Source: Octopus bimaculoides
Taxonomy: Eukaryota
DNA: 64,000 bases
NCBI RefSeq assembly: GCF_001194135.2
Contig: NC_068991.1
Location: 6,747,510 to 6,811,509 of the forward strand
Direction of reading: 5' to 3'
The notes beneath the pieces were generated by a model. The model was not told the DNA's origin, made no database searches, and saw nothing but the letters and a program-made list of their open reading frames with translations. This document shows, in pieces, positions 51,702 to 63,957 of this stretch; position 1 is the stretch's first letter; each line of letters begins with the position of its first letter. A program made the position numbers and the translations under genes.

Positions 51702-51933
51702 NTGGGGGACAAACACAGATACACAAACATATAGACACACATACATACATATATATATATATACATATATACGACGGGCTTCTTTCAGTTTTCGCCTACC
51801 AAATCCACTCACAAGGCTTTGGTCGGCCCGAGGCTATAATAGAAGACACTTGCCCAAGGTGCCATGCAGTGGGATTGAACCCGGAACCATGTGGTTGGTA
51901 AGTAAGCTACTTACCACACAGCCACTCCTGCAC
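51702..51933 (-). mobile_element. young SINE family A, 3' part lost in the N gap
   Basis: GGGGGACAAACACAGATACAC...AAGACACTTGCCCAAGGTGCCATGCAGTGGG...ACCACACAGCCACTCCTGCACC. Confidence 0.92.
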
Positions 51934-51972
51934 CTATGTGTGTGTATAATATTTAATATTCGCCTCTTTCCC

Positions 51973-52190
51973 AAGAGGCGAGCTGGTAGAAACGTTAGCA
52001 CGCCGGGCGAAATGCTTAGCGGTATTTCGTCTGTCTTTATGTTCTGAGTTCAAATTCCACCGAGGTCGACTTTGCCTTTTATCCTTTCGCGATCGCTGAA
52101 GTAAATACCGGTTGCGTACTAAATCGACCCCCAAGACTTATTTTTTGTAAGCCTAGTACTTATTCTATTGGTGTCATTTGCCGAACCGCT
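51973..52190. mobile_element. family B (+) truncated and abutting a family A (-) fragment
   Basis: GAGGCGAGCTGGTAGAAACGTTAGCACGCCGGGCG...GTACTAAATCGACCCCCAAGACTTATTTTTTGTAAGCCTAGTAC. Confidence 0.85.
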
Positions 52191-53369
52191 ATTTGCCTAT
52201 TTGTTAGCAATGGCAATTAATTGTAGAGCAAAACATACGAAATCTCTCCTCAAGTGGATTAGCAGTGTACACGTATTAGAATCGTTTCGTGTAGTCAAGA
52301 ATGAAAAGGATTGTAAATCCACACGGTTGGTTAAACTGACGTTACATTTTTATATTTCGATTGCCTGAACCTCTTTTTCTTGTAGCTTTAATACTTTGCA
52401 AATAACTTCACATCTACTGACTAGTTCAAGAATGTGTGTGTGTGTGNNNNNNNNNNNNNNNNNNNNNNNNNNNNNNNNNNNNNNNNNNNNNNNNNNNNNN
52501 NNNNNNNNNNNNNNNNNNNNNNNNNNNNNNNNNNNNNNNNNNNNNNNNNNNNNNNNNNNNNNNNNNNNNNNNNNNNNNNNNNNNNNNNNNNNNNNNNNNN
52601 NNNNNNNNNNNNNNNNNNNNNNNNNNNNNNNNNNNNNNNNNNNNNNNNNNNNNNNNNNNNNNNNNNNNNNNNNNNNNNNNNNNNNNNNNNNNNNNNNNNN
52701 NNNNNNNNNNNNNNNNNNNNNNNNNNNNNNNNNNNNNNNNNNNNNNNNNNNNNNNNNNNNNNNNNNNNNNNNNNNNNNNNNNNNNNNNNNNNNNNNNNNN
52801 NNNNNNNNNNNNNNNNNNNNNNNNNNNNNNNNNNNNNNNNNNNNNNNNNNNNNNNNNNNNNNNNNNNNNNNNNNNNNNNNNNNNNNNNNNNNNNNNNNNN
52901 NNNNNNNNNNNNNNNNNNNNNNNNNNNNNNNNNNNNNNNNNNNNNNNNNNNNNNNNNNNNNNNNNNNNNNNNNNNNNNNNNNNNNNNNNNNNNNNNNNNN
53001 NNNNNNNNNNNNNNNNNNNNNNNNNNNNNNNNNNNNNNNNNNNNNNNNNNNNNNNNNNNNNNNNNNNNNNNNNNNNNNNNNNNNNNNNNNNNNNNNNNNN
53101 NNNNNNNNNNNNNNNNNNNNNNNNNNNNNNNNNNNNNNNNNNNNNNNNNNNNNNNNNNNNNNNNNNNNNNNNNNNNNNNNNNNNNNNNNNNNNNNNNNNN
53201 NNNNNNNNNNNNNNNNNNNNNNNNNNNNNNNNNNNNNNNNNNNNNNNNNNNNNNNNNNNNNNNNNNNNNNNNNNNNNNNNNNNNNNNNNNNNNNNNNNNN
53301 NNNNNNNNNNNNNNNNNNNNNNGGACAAACATAGACATACAAACACACACACATATATGTGTGTGTGTA

Positions 53370-53419
<50 letters not shown>

Positions 53420-53604
53420 GGAAAGTCGTGTGTGTGCATATGCGTTAGATATTTCATTCATTGACATTTACAAGATGGCCATCTGCTTTCTACTATCGCT
53501 CTGCCGAGTACCGGATTTGATTATTGTACAGCTGAAAAGTGAATGTAAACAGAAAGATAGCATGGTAACAGAACGAAAATAAAATGTGCTTATTTACTTT
53601 CAGG

Positions 53605-53693
53605 TCCTGAACTGAATTTCCAAGATATTGACACCCCGACCCCATCCTCTATTCATTTGGCCAGCCTGTTTCCGTACCATCTACCATAACCTT
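53605..53693 (+). CDS. candidate terminal exon (G)PELNFQDIDTPTPSSIHLASLFPYHLP*
   Basis: Good acceptor (cttatttacttttcag) and an open phase-1 frame to TAA; no recognised homology; stop position approximate. Confidence 0.2.
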
Positions 53694-53829
53694 CTTTCTT
53701 TGATTTTATTGGGAAATCATCTATTTTCCACAAGATATGGCTTCATATCCATTTTAAATGATAATTCTGTAGTCTTGCCCTCAATTATGTTGCTCTGCTG
53801 GGTCTTGTTTAGGTTTGGTTACCTATCAT

Positions 53830-53989
53830 AGGTGCAGGCATGGCTGTGTTGCTAAGAAGCTTGCTTTGCCACCACATGGTTTTAGGTTCAGTCCCACTGT
53901 ACTGCATCTAGGGTAAGTGTCTTCAACTGTAACCTCGAGCCGACCAATGCATTTTGAGTGAATTTGGGAGACAGAAACGCGGAAGACCG

Positions 53990-54053
<64 letters not shown>

Positions 54054-54240
54054 ATCTTTGTGCTTATCTTTGTGTATGTGTTTGTCCTCCCACCATCGCT
54101 TGACAACCAGTGTTTTTTGTTCATTTAGCGGTTTTGGCAAAAGAAACCGATAGAATAAGTAACAAACTTCAACAATAAATGCTGGGGTTGATTTCTTCGA
54201 CTAAATCTTTCAAGTGACTGAAGCAAATAAAAGATAAACG
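53830..54240 (+). mobile_element. full-length SINE family A with a long internal (TG)n
   Basis: AGGTGCAGGCATGGCTGTGTTGCTAAGAAGCTTGC head through GACTGAAGCAAATAAAAGATAAA. Confidence 0.88.
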
Positions 54241-54446
54241 GAGATGCCATGTTGTTATTTCTACTTACCATCACATTTCATCAATATTCTAATCTCAATC
54301 CAATTCTCTGACGAACCATAGGCGAAACCCGTTGGCCCTGTTGTAATTGTCAGCCATAGCTTAATAAACAATACTCTTAAGTTTTTATTATATTGAGTGC
54401 TTTCTTAAAGACACGGGTTACACGTGTCTTACTAACAGATTGTTAT

Positions 54447-55330
54447 AAAATGTCAGGATGACCGTTTCGGAAGATAGCAAGGGCGTGTCGTTCTCTTTGC
54501 TTTTCTGAAACGTGACAGCGAGTGGTATACTGAGGCACTCAAAATGCTTAGAGAAGCCATTAGGAGGTAGAGACCAAAAAATAAGCCAGCGCTGGATGAA
54601 CCATTAAACACAATTACCACGTGCTTAGGGCATCAAGAGAATGGAGGTACTACAGAAATGGTAAATGGCTTACGGCACAAAAGAAATCATTTTAACCTTG
54701 CTTAAATAATATTCGGGTTGCCTTACCTTCACTAAGTATAGAAGCATATGAGCTCCGCAAGACTTTGCAATTAAAAAAAGTAGGAAAAAAACTCTTCAAA
54801 TATAAATAAAGTGGAAGTATACAGAAACCAGCATTATTTTCCATCTTACTTTTACCTTTATTTCATTTTGAAAAATAAAAAATGGTTTATCATTTTTTAT
54901 ATAATGTACGGGGGGTACCAAAATCTTTAAAATATTTAAGGCTTCTATGGACCTTAATCCAGCGCTGCAATAATCTAAAAGCGATCAAAATTCACCATGA
55001 CAATGTGAAACAACAAACACCATTGGCAACAAATTGAGGAGACTGCTCATTGGGCTGGTCAGTGGTCACCATCAATCGTACAACCAGGGTCTGACAACCC
55101 CCGACTCTCACCAGTTCACTTCCAATAGGGGACGATCATTGGGGACGATGTGATGACACAACCAAAGTGAACGTAGTTGTGAAGAAGTGGGTACGGCAGC
55201 ACACCTAATTTATTCCAAAGAGGGCTCGAGTGTCGGATTTAACGATGGCACAAAAACATTGCGTGTGATGGAGGCCATGTTGAATAGTACCTCTCTATGG
55301 AGGAAGATTTCCACTACCAACAGGTGCACA
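54447..55330 (+). mobile_element. degenerate mariner transposase C-terminal half, interrupted by a MITE
   Basis: Frame-shifted VRMTVSEDSKGV / WYTEALKMLREAIRR*RPK [MITE] IKIHHDNVK / LGWSVV / HHQSYNQGLTTPDSHQF / VVVKKWVRQ / NLFQRGL..RWHKNIACDGGHVE* (stop 55285-55287). This is the mariner pattern VFWD..GV, HDNARPH, HPPYSPDLAPSD.HLF, RW.KC...G.Y.E. Confidence 0.8.
54587..54967. mobile_element. hAT-type MITE, 381 bp
   Basis: TIRs CAGCGCTGGATGAA / TTAATCCAGCGCTG; flanking 8-mers AAATAAGC and CAATAATC match at 6 of 8 positions (probable TSD). Confidence 0.8.
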
Positions 55331-55334
55331 ACTT

Positions 55335-55518
55335 AAAATGTCAGGATGAGCGTTTTGGAAGATAGCAAGGGCGTGTCGTTCTCCTTGCTTTTTCTGAAAC
55401 GTGACCGCGAGTGGTATACTGAGAGACTCAAAATGCTTAGAGAAGCCATTAGGAGGTAGAGACCAAAAAATAAGTCAGCGCTGGATGAACCATTAAACAA
55501 AATTACCACGTGCTTAGG
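55335..55518 (+). repeat. direct duplicate of 54447-54629 (mariner segment plus MITE left end)
   Basis: About 184 bp with high identity, offset 888 bp. Confidence 0.92.
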
Positions 55519-56369
55519 TAACTGGACTTTATTAACTGGACTGTCAGTTAATAAAAAAGTTAAGCCCACTTTTTTGCATCACTTTCACTAGAACACTCGC
55601 ACAAAGCTACACACACACACACACGCATACACATACTCACACGGACAGGTGTGTGTATACGTACATATGTACGTATACACACACCTATCTATCTATCCAT
55701 CCATCCATCCGTCTGTCTTTAAGTATGTATGTATGTATGCATGTAATTATGCATGCACATATATATAAACATATATGTTAATGTGCATATATATGCGTGT
55801 ATGTGTGGGTGGGGGGCACATACAAACATTGATATGCGTTATATATATATATAACGCATATCAATGTTTGTATGTGCCCCCCACCCACACATACNNNNNN
55901 NNNNNNNNNNNNNNNNNNNNNNNNNNNNNNNNNNNNNNNNNNNNNNNNNNNNNNNNNNNNNNNNNNNNNNNNNNNNNNNNNNNNNNNNNNNNNNNNNNNN
56001 NNNNNNNNNNNNNNNNNNNNNNNNNNNNNNNNNNNNNNNNNNNNNNNNNNNNNNNNNNNNNNNNNNNNNNNNNNNNNNNNNATGTAATAACACTACTGCA
56101 TAATGTACCACCTTGACACACATCATAAAAGCATAATGCTTTCATTTGAGCAGCAACAAGTTAAACTGTAAACAAACACGTGTTGTAGTATAATCACGTG
56201 GCGCAAAAAATACACTCGCACATAAAAATTCCACACTCGCATGTATGTGCACATGCAGATTATCGTGTGTGTATGCGTGTGTTTGTGTGTGTATGTTTAT
56301 GTATGTATGCATATATATTTATATATATGTATGTATATTAATGATAACAATAACAACAACAACAACAAC

Positions 56370-56424
<55 letters not shown>

Positions 56425-58381
56425 GGAAAAGTTAGAGTAACTCAACGGACGAGAGTATCGTGAATTAACACTTACCAAAAAGATGAGTGTCAAGGCACGA
56501 ATCTATCGGTCTTTGAGTCACTCCGGAACTTCTGCCGATTAATTAAAAAAATATACATTTGCTCGTGTTTTGAGTTCTATTTTCCTCTTTGCATACCCAA
56601 CCTTTGCATGTATTATATATATATATATATATATGAGAGATAGACGGATAGATAGGCTGACAGACAGACAGACGGACAAGTAGACAGACAGAGAAAGAGA
56701 GGTAATTAAGGACAGTTTTTTTTTGTTTTTGTTTTCTATAACAGTGTACATTTGGTGTACGTAGCGTCAATGTCAGACGTTTGCCAATAGAAATACTGCT
56801 GCTGAAAGAAAAAACAAAATTACACATGTACAACCGTGTTAAGACAGTTTGAACATTTCGACATTTCCCAACACAGTGGGCATTGACATATCAACAGACA
56901 ACAGGGACTATGCGTGCTGTAAGCGCGATGGTATGTCATAGAATAAATAAATAAACAAATAAACAAATAAATAAATAAATAATGGAACCTGAGTCAAATC
57001 ATTATCAACAGTAATGATAATAATGATAATAATAATGATGATGAGGATGATGAAAAATGAGGATGAATATAATGATAATGATAAATATAGTCGAAGCACA
57101 AAATGGAAGGAAGCAGACGACAGTCTTCTGCGTAGCATTACATCATCGATTATGATAACAAGCTGAAAACGAACTCGTCAACAATATCAGGGCTACGTCG
57201 TTACTGCACAACTGTCGTATATCAAATCATTCGTTGTATCCCTCGATTTCCCATTGTCGTCCTACAATTTATTACTCCTTCGTTAGTTTAGTGTATACGC
57301 TATTTATTGATATCTTGCCTGGAAGAGCAAAATTTACATTGGAAAGAATAAATAAATGAAAAAAAAAAAAAATAAGTAGATAGAAATAAGAAAAATAAAA
57401 TACATACCTTACTGTCTTTCTGGTTAAACTCTTTGATTTGGGGACGAGATGATAGCAGCGTCCGGCAGAATTGTAGGCGTTTTCCAGTTCGTGTATNNNN
57501 NNNNNNNNNNNNNNNNNNNNNNNNNNNNNNNNNNNNNNNNNNNNNNNNNNNNNNNNNNNNNNNNNNNNNNNNNNNNNNNNNNNNNNNNNNNNNNNNNNNN
57601 NNNNNNNNNNNNNNNNNNNNNNNNNNNNNNNNNNNNNNNNNNNNNNNNNNNNNNNNNNNNNNNNTATATATATATATATATATATCAACACCGATTAAGT
57701 TGTGACCTGAAGCTTGATGCTGCTGCCAAATGACTACAAGGGATTTACGTACATTTCGATAAAGATGTTGTTTCTGCACGCTCTACACGACCGCCGCCAA
57801 CACTCTGCTTCTTTACATCACCAGAGGAATGGCTAACTGCAAGACAACAAACATTACCACTACAATGGGATCCGACACACTGCTTGTTGTATAAAATTGT
57901 CCGGTTGCCAGATTTAGATGTCTATTCATAGTTTAGACAACCTCTACCAACAGACCACTAGATTTATCAGTCTTTTCATCTTTTCTTCTTTCTTTCTTTT
58001 CCTCTCTCTACTTCGTTTCTTGCTCTATTAATACATCAGTTTCTCTTGTTTTGTTTTGTTTTTGTCGTTCTATCTATTTACTTATTAGTCAATCTATTTC
58101 TCTTCTCTACCTCTTTATTCTACTCTTCACTTTGTAATATGGAGAAGAAGAAGAAGAAAAAAGAAGAAGAAGAAGAAGAAATCGGCTTCAGCGCTAATAA
58201 CAACCTGCCGGCAGACAAGAATAAATAATTGCCGCAGAAAAAGAGCTGAAACAGGTAGAGAAAAGGCGGAGGAATGGCGAGCGAAAGTGAAGAATAGAAT
58301 TTCTACGAGAGTTGGAGGAAAGAAAAAAGTATGTAGCAAACAGGTAGTAGTAATATGGCACTCTGAAGCGAATAGTGTTAA

Positions 58382-58425
<44 letters not shown>

Positions 58426-58804
58426 GAGAGAGGCTTGCAATAGTTTAGTGTAAGGATAATGGTTAGAGAGTCGGAAGGTCAGCTGTAATATATAATAGAC
58501 AGTAGTTCCAGGTTGAACTATGTAATAGGGTTACAAAAAAAAAAAAAAGAAGAAAAAAAACATAGGACTGTCGTAGACTAAGAAGAGGTTTAATTAGGTG
58601 GGCACCGAAGACGCAGGTATTTGATGCTGCAGAAAATGTCGCAAAAAGAAAGGTAGACATTAAATAAGATTGAATCGTTAAACATGAGAGCACAACAGAT
58701 TATAATTATATGAAGTAAGTTGTCAACTTGCATAATGATGAAAGCAATGTATAATGAATAGCAACATGGATCTCTCTCTCTCTCTCTCTCTCACCCTCTC
58801 TCTC

Positions 58805-58855
<51 letters not shown>

Positions 58856-58937
58856 NNNNNNNNNNNNNNNNNNNNNNNNNNNNNNNNNNNNNNNNNNNNN
58901 NNNNNNNNNNNNNNNNNNNNNNNNNNNNNNNNNNNNN

Positions 58938-58971
<34 letters not shown>

Positions 58972-59169
58972 CGTATATACTTACATTTATGTTAGCAGTT
59001 CGCTATCATTTGCATACATGTGCACATATGCATATATGTATATATATATATAATGTATATATGTGTGTGTGTGTGTGTGTATACAAATTTATATATACAT
59101 ACATACATGCATACATACATACATACATACATACATACATACATACATGTATATATATATAACAAACAA

Positions 59170-59312
59170 ACAAGCATACATGGCAGGTTTCCACACGCTT
59201 TCCGTTTACCAAATCCACTCAGAGGGCCCTGATGGTCTCGCGGGTACAGTAGAAGACACTTGCCCATGGTATCACGCAGTGGGGCTGAACTCGAAACCAC
59301 GTGACTGTAAAG
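59170..59312 (-). mobile_element. 5' half of family A
   Basis: CTTTCCGTTTACCAAATCCACTCAGAGGG...AGAAGACACTTGCCCATGGTATCACGCAGTGGGGCTGAAC. Confidence 0.85.
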
Positions 59313-59323
59313 TGAAATTAGGG

Positions 59324-59372
<49 letters not shown>

Positions 59373-59449
59373 GATTGTGCGTGTGTCTATAATTCGTTGA
59401 AATCTTCCTCCCCCCAAAAAGGCTGGTCCATCATTGCAATTTAGATGGC

Positions 59450-59850
59450 AACAAGCACACATGCCATAGGGTACGTTCTTACCACAAAAGTTAACTGCTT
59501 TGTGAGTTGTGTTGTTAGGTTGAGATTTCCTAAGAAAATGAGGAACTCTACCTTCTATCTTTATAGTTCCACCATCATAAACATCTGCTTGAGGGGTGAA
59601 GAACTTATCCAAAATTGTTTGATGTTCATGGAGCATAATCTCTTTGTACAGTTCTGAGTAGGAAATGAATCTATAGTAAACACCTTTTGTAATTATTTTG
59701 CTACGTTCACGATTAGAGTTTTTATCAGAAAAAACTTGCCGAACTTCTTCAATAAGTTCTTCCTAGTCGAAAGACACTTGTTGTAAATGTCCTGTTATCT
59801 GTATTCGGATTTGTGTACCATTTCTCCATTTTTTTTCCGTACTTGTTTTC
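59450..59850 (-). mobile_element. Tigger/pogo transposase C-terminal remnant plus 3' UTR
   Basis: EELIEEVRQVFSDKNSNRERSKIITKGVYYRFISYSELYKEIMLHEHQTILDKFF matches the Tigger end (ENDPN.ERS.KV.RG...Y.ELY.EK...QT.LD.FF); homologous to 63076-63480. Confidence 0.75.
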
Positions 59851-59854
59851 GTAT

Positions 59855-60010
59855 ACATTCGCTGCTTTCTTCTAAGGAATCTAGTGCTCTTAACTTAGTT
59901 TTTCCTTGGGGCTGGCCAGATTGGAGCAATCTCGAGTATAACCTGCCGAAATTGCAAAGATAATCTGGAACTCGACTGAGGAAAGAAAACTCCGAATGAC
60001 CCGTCCTTGT
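59855..60010. mobile_element. repeat fragment, probably Penelope-associated
   Basis: CATTCGCTGCTTTCTTCTAAGGAATCTAGTGCTCTTAACTTAGTTTTTCCTTGGGGCTGGCCAG recognised from memory as a common octopus repeat; the class is not provable here. Confidence 0.35.
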
Positions 60011-60079
60011 TTTTTCTCGTCTTTTTTTTTTGTATCATTTGTCTGGATGTTTTGCGTTCTTATCCCATTTTTTGTATTC

Positions 60080-60111
<32 letters not shown>

Positions 60112-60115
<4 letters not shown>

Positions 60116-60292
60116 GAGGAGCTTCCCATTTTCCTTTTTGTCTATCAAATTCACCCACAAGGCATTAGTTGGTCCAGAGTTACAGTAGAAGACCCTTGTT
60201 TAAGATGCTGCGCTGAGGGACCGAAGGGACCAAGCCTTAAGCCACGCGGTTTCAAGCAAACTACTTAACTGCACAAGCATACTCGCTCCTAC
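60112..60292 (-). mobile_element. degenerate 5' half of family A
   Basis: TATCAAATTCACCCACAAGGC...CAGTAGAAGACCCTTG...CTACTTAACTGCACAAGCATACTCGCTCC. Confidence 0.75.
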
Positions 60293-61343
60293 ACATTATA
60301 ATATAATGACATGTGTGCCATATATGGAATGATACACTTGTAACTGGTCACCAGATTCCGGAGACCAAGAAATGATGATTCAATTATTAAACAAATAAAA
60401 CCACGGAGGAATTTGACCCCTCCCCCATCTCGTCTTTTGCTTTTTTACGACATGTCTGTCGTCTCTCTCTCTCCTTCTCTCTCTCTCTCTCACAGAAATA
60501 TTCATTCTATTTCTTTGTTCTTCTCTCTTTCAGTATATATTCTCTCTGTTTCTCATTCTCTCTTTCTCTTCTTCATTTACTCTCTCGTTCTTTCTCAGAG
60601 CCTCATTTACCTTTTCTATAGATCTATGCAACACGACAAACAACTCTTACGCTCTGTCTCTCTCTCTCTCTCTCTCTCTTTCTTACTCATTTACTGAGTA
60701 ACTCTTCCAATTTTCCACTCTCCTATTCTCTCTCTCTTCCTCACTCTCTGTCTTTCTCTCTCTCTCTCTTTCTTTCTTTCTTCCTTTCTTTCTCTCTTTC
60801 TTTCTCTCTCTCTTTTTGTCTCTTTCTGTCTGTGTCTCTTTGTCTTCCTCTTTCTCTCTTACTCATTTACTGAGTAACTCTCCCAATCTCCTACTCTCAC
60901 TTTCTCTCTAACCCTCTCTCTCTCTCTCACACACACAGACACACTCATACACACACACACACTCAAACATGGAGGACAAACGCACGTATATCACATACAC
61001 CCCAAAGCTTTACCGTCTGTAATTTGTCGCATTCTAATTGTATAATAGACTCTTAGAAACTCATGTGACATTACTCATAGAACTATGATAGTAACCACGT
61101 GAACACCATACGTCATTTTTGTCAATTTTGCTGGTAGGGCAGAAGTGAGCCGAGTCAGGGCATTCATTTTGAGTTGTGGTTTATCGAGGTCAATGCATTT
61201 TTTCTCATATTCTTTTTCAAGGGTGAAAAAAAAAAACGATTGTAGAAGGGATTGAGTAGAGGTCGTATAAAAGAGATTTGGGAATTTAGGGAGTAAGAAG
61301 GAATTAAGTAGAAAGGATTGTAATTTGTTTTCCACATAATTCC

Positions 61344-61587
61344 AGGCGGCGAGCTGGCAGAAACGTTAGCACGCCGGGCGAAATGCTTAGCGGTATTTCG
61401 TCTGTCTTTACGTTCCGAGTTCAAATTCCGCCGAGGTTGACTTTGCCTTTCATCCTTTCGGGGTCGATAAATTAAGTACCAGTTACGCACTTGGCTCGAT
61501 GTAATCGACTTAATCCCTTTGTCTGTCCTTGTTTATCTCCTCTATATCTCTATATTTAGCCTTTTGTGGGCAATAAAGAAATAAGAA
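61344..61587 (+). mobile_element. young full-length SINE family B
   Basis: AGGCGGCGAGCTGGCAGAAACGTTAGCACGCCGGGCG; GAGTTCAAATTCC; CCGAGGTTGACTTTGCCTTTCATCCTTTCGGGGTCGATAAATTAAGTACCAG; tail GCAATAAAGAAATAA. Confidence 0.93.
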
Positions 61588-62081
61588 AGGATTGTAATTT
61601 ATTTCAGACATGCGTTTGTGTGTGTGTGTGTGTGCAACTGTGTATGTATATAAGGATAGTTTTATATTCTTCGTAGAATTGTGTTGGAGTCAGTTCTGAG
61701 TCTTTATGATCAGAGATGTATGGCAGATTCACAAACTCACACATGCACACAGTGGCAGACTCATAGACGCACACAAACACATAAGCACACAACAGCTGAC
61801 CGCAAGGTGCTGTTTCCAAAACACAACCAGTCTCGGCTCCGAGGAGGGCCTTAGAGGAAGGAAATAAATTCAACAAACCTTCAATGCTACCAACATCTAG
61901 AGCTTACACCAAAGCGAGGGGACCAATACAAACCGGAAGTGGGGTGGGGTCAACTTCTGCAGCATGGAATTGTTCTTTCGACGAGGAGGGAATAGTGTCT
62001 AGAGAAGCGTGGGGACTGTCGGAGACAGAAGCAAATTAAGGCGCAGGACAAACAAAATGTAAGGGCACACGCTCGGAGTAT

Positions 62082-62265
62082 CAGTGGTGTAGGTGGGAGG
62101 ATAATGGGACGGTCAGTCCCGGGCTATGCTTTTTGAGGGGGCCGGCAGTTTTGGACCACTGTACAATAATGTGGCATATTTAATTTTTGTAGGGATAGGG
62201 TCTGGAGATGGGATCGGCAGCCTCGCGGGCTACCGCAGGCGGCACACTCTCTAGCTATGCCACTG
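62082..62265. mobile_element. hAT-type MITE, 184 bp
   Basis: TIRs CAGTGGTGTAG / CTATGCCACTG; 8-bp TSD CGGAGTAT / CGGAATAT (1 mismatch). Confidence 0.85.
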
Positions 62266-62309
62266 CGGAATATATGAGTTTTATGGCTACTCGAAAGGTG
62301 AACCTTAAA

Positions 62310-62975
62310 CTCTGTTTGACTATAGTTTTTCTCCGCGGCTATCAGAGAACGTGAGGCATGAACCACCGCCTTCATATTAACGCCTTTATATTTGTGTAGC
62401 ATTACTGCTTCTATGTCGTATTCAGAAGAGCCAGAAGCTACAACAATCTCCGCTGCAAGATCGAAATGAGCCAGCGGCAAATCCGATATTAGTATATTTT
62501 TTCAATATCGTCAAACGCTTTTTGACAATTATTTGACTAATTCCACTTCACATCCTTTTATAGCAAATTATTTAGTGGGGCTCTCAAATTATACATATTT
62601 GATATGTAATTTTGATAATAATTCGTTTGACCCAGAAAAGCTTACAAGGTCGTTAAAATTAGCCGGAGGAGGCATATTTTTAATTGCGTCTGCCCTCGAC
62701 GGGTCAGGTCGTCTTCCATTTCTATCAATAATTTGTCCTAAATACTTAATTTTAGGCAAAACAAATTCACATTTCTCCTCACTCAGAGTGAAACTGTGAT
62801 CTCTTATTTTTCCAAAAACATTCTTTACATGTTCGATATGCTGATCATGAGATTCAATTTTAATTAATACATCATCCAAGTATGGAATTGCGAATTTACA
62901 GTCAGCTAACATCGCATCCATAACCTGTTGAAAAATTGCAGGTGCGACCTTTAGACCAAAATGTACGCGAAACCT
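62310..62975 (-). mobile_element. degenerate Ty3/Gypsy pol fragment (RT C-terminal half, connection, RNase H N-terminus)
   Basis: FGLKVAPAIFQQVMD...PYLDDVLI (YLDD at 62871-62882)...KIKYLGQII..GRRPDP, then FLGQTNYY..LRAPLNNLL*KDVKWN* and LAHFD..IVVAS..EY.I.AV...HASRSLIAAEKNYSQTE; stops and frameshifts present; no LTRs seen. Confidence 0.92.
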
Positions 62976-63075
62976 CTGCCAAGGTTTTGCCACCCCCACC
63001 AGGGGTTCGGGAACCACCGGTTGGGAACCACCGGTTGGGAACCACCGGTTGGGAACCACCGGTTGGGAACCCCTG
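62976..63075 (-). mobile_element. hAT/Charlie-like end with a 14-bp tandem repeat (GAACCACCGGTTGG)x4
   Basis: Minus strand starts CAGGGGTTCCCAACC (Charlie-like TIR); repeat units at 63011-63066. Confidence 0.6.
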
Positions 63076-63480
63076 TGTTAGAACAAAGACAAACTAAAAA
63101 TACAGGTGAGAATACGGAAATTCCGCTATCACCATTTAAATTGACTGCAAAGAATACTGCTAAGTGGTTGGCACTTATACAAGAAGTTCCACAAGATTTT
63201 TTACTGATAATGACCCGAATCGTGAACTTAACATAGAAATTACAAGAGGAGTTTACAAGTTCAGTTCCTACGTTGAACTGTACCAAAAAAAAATGATACG
63301 CTACAAACTTCAAACAATTTAGATAAATCCTTCGCCTCTCATGAGAATTGTTGATGGTTAATGAACAAAACGATAGAAGACATTGTCCCTCAGCCTCCCA
63401 GTAACACTCATTCCATCATCACAACCTCTCACGCAATAATTAACATCTATTTGCGGTATGAACGTACCCAGTTGCGATAT
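63076..63480 (+). mobile_element. Tigger/pogo transposase C-terminal remnant plus 3' UTR
   Basis: KLTAKNTAKWLALIQEVPQD / FFTDNDPNRELNIEITRGVYKFSSYVELYQKK..QTI with frameshifts; the downstream GCGGTATGAACGTACCC matches the 59450 copy. Confidence 0.7.
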
Positions 63481-63904
63481 TATGGCATACTTTATTCCCA
63501 AACGTATTTCTCTTGAGATGTTTGTTTTCGTCTTTTGGTTGTTGTTGTTGTTTCTTTGTTTGTTTTAATGTAAACATTCTGTACTGTGCATGTTTAGAAA
63601 TTGTCATGCATGAAAGTGGTCGTGTTTCTTGTTTGTGTTGTTGTTTGTTTTCTGCAGAAAAAAAAAAGTAAAGAAACAAGGAAAAAGAAATCCGTCGGAA
63701 CGCATCCATCTTTATAACATAAACGTTTATGAGAAAACTGATTTTGCGTTACGGGATCCTGCATTACGACGAGATTACTAAGGAACTTTTTATTTCTTTA
63801 ACTCTTGAGATTCATATACATACATATATATGTGTGTGTGTGCGTGCGCAAATATATATATATATATATATAATAACAAATATACGGGGTGATACATGTA
63901 TATG

Positions 63905-63957
<53 letters not shown>

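Noticed and set aside
54447-55518. LTR/TRIM element with 184-bp LTRs
   Set aside because: The repeats encode mariner sequence plus a MITE end and lack a CA terminus, PBS and PPT.
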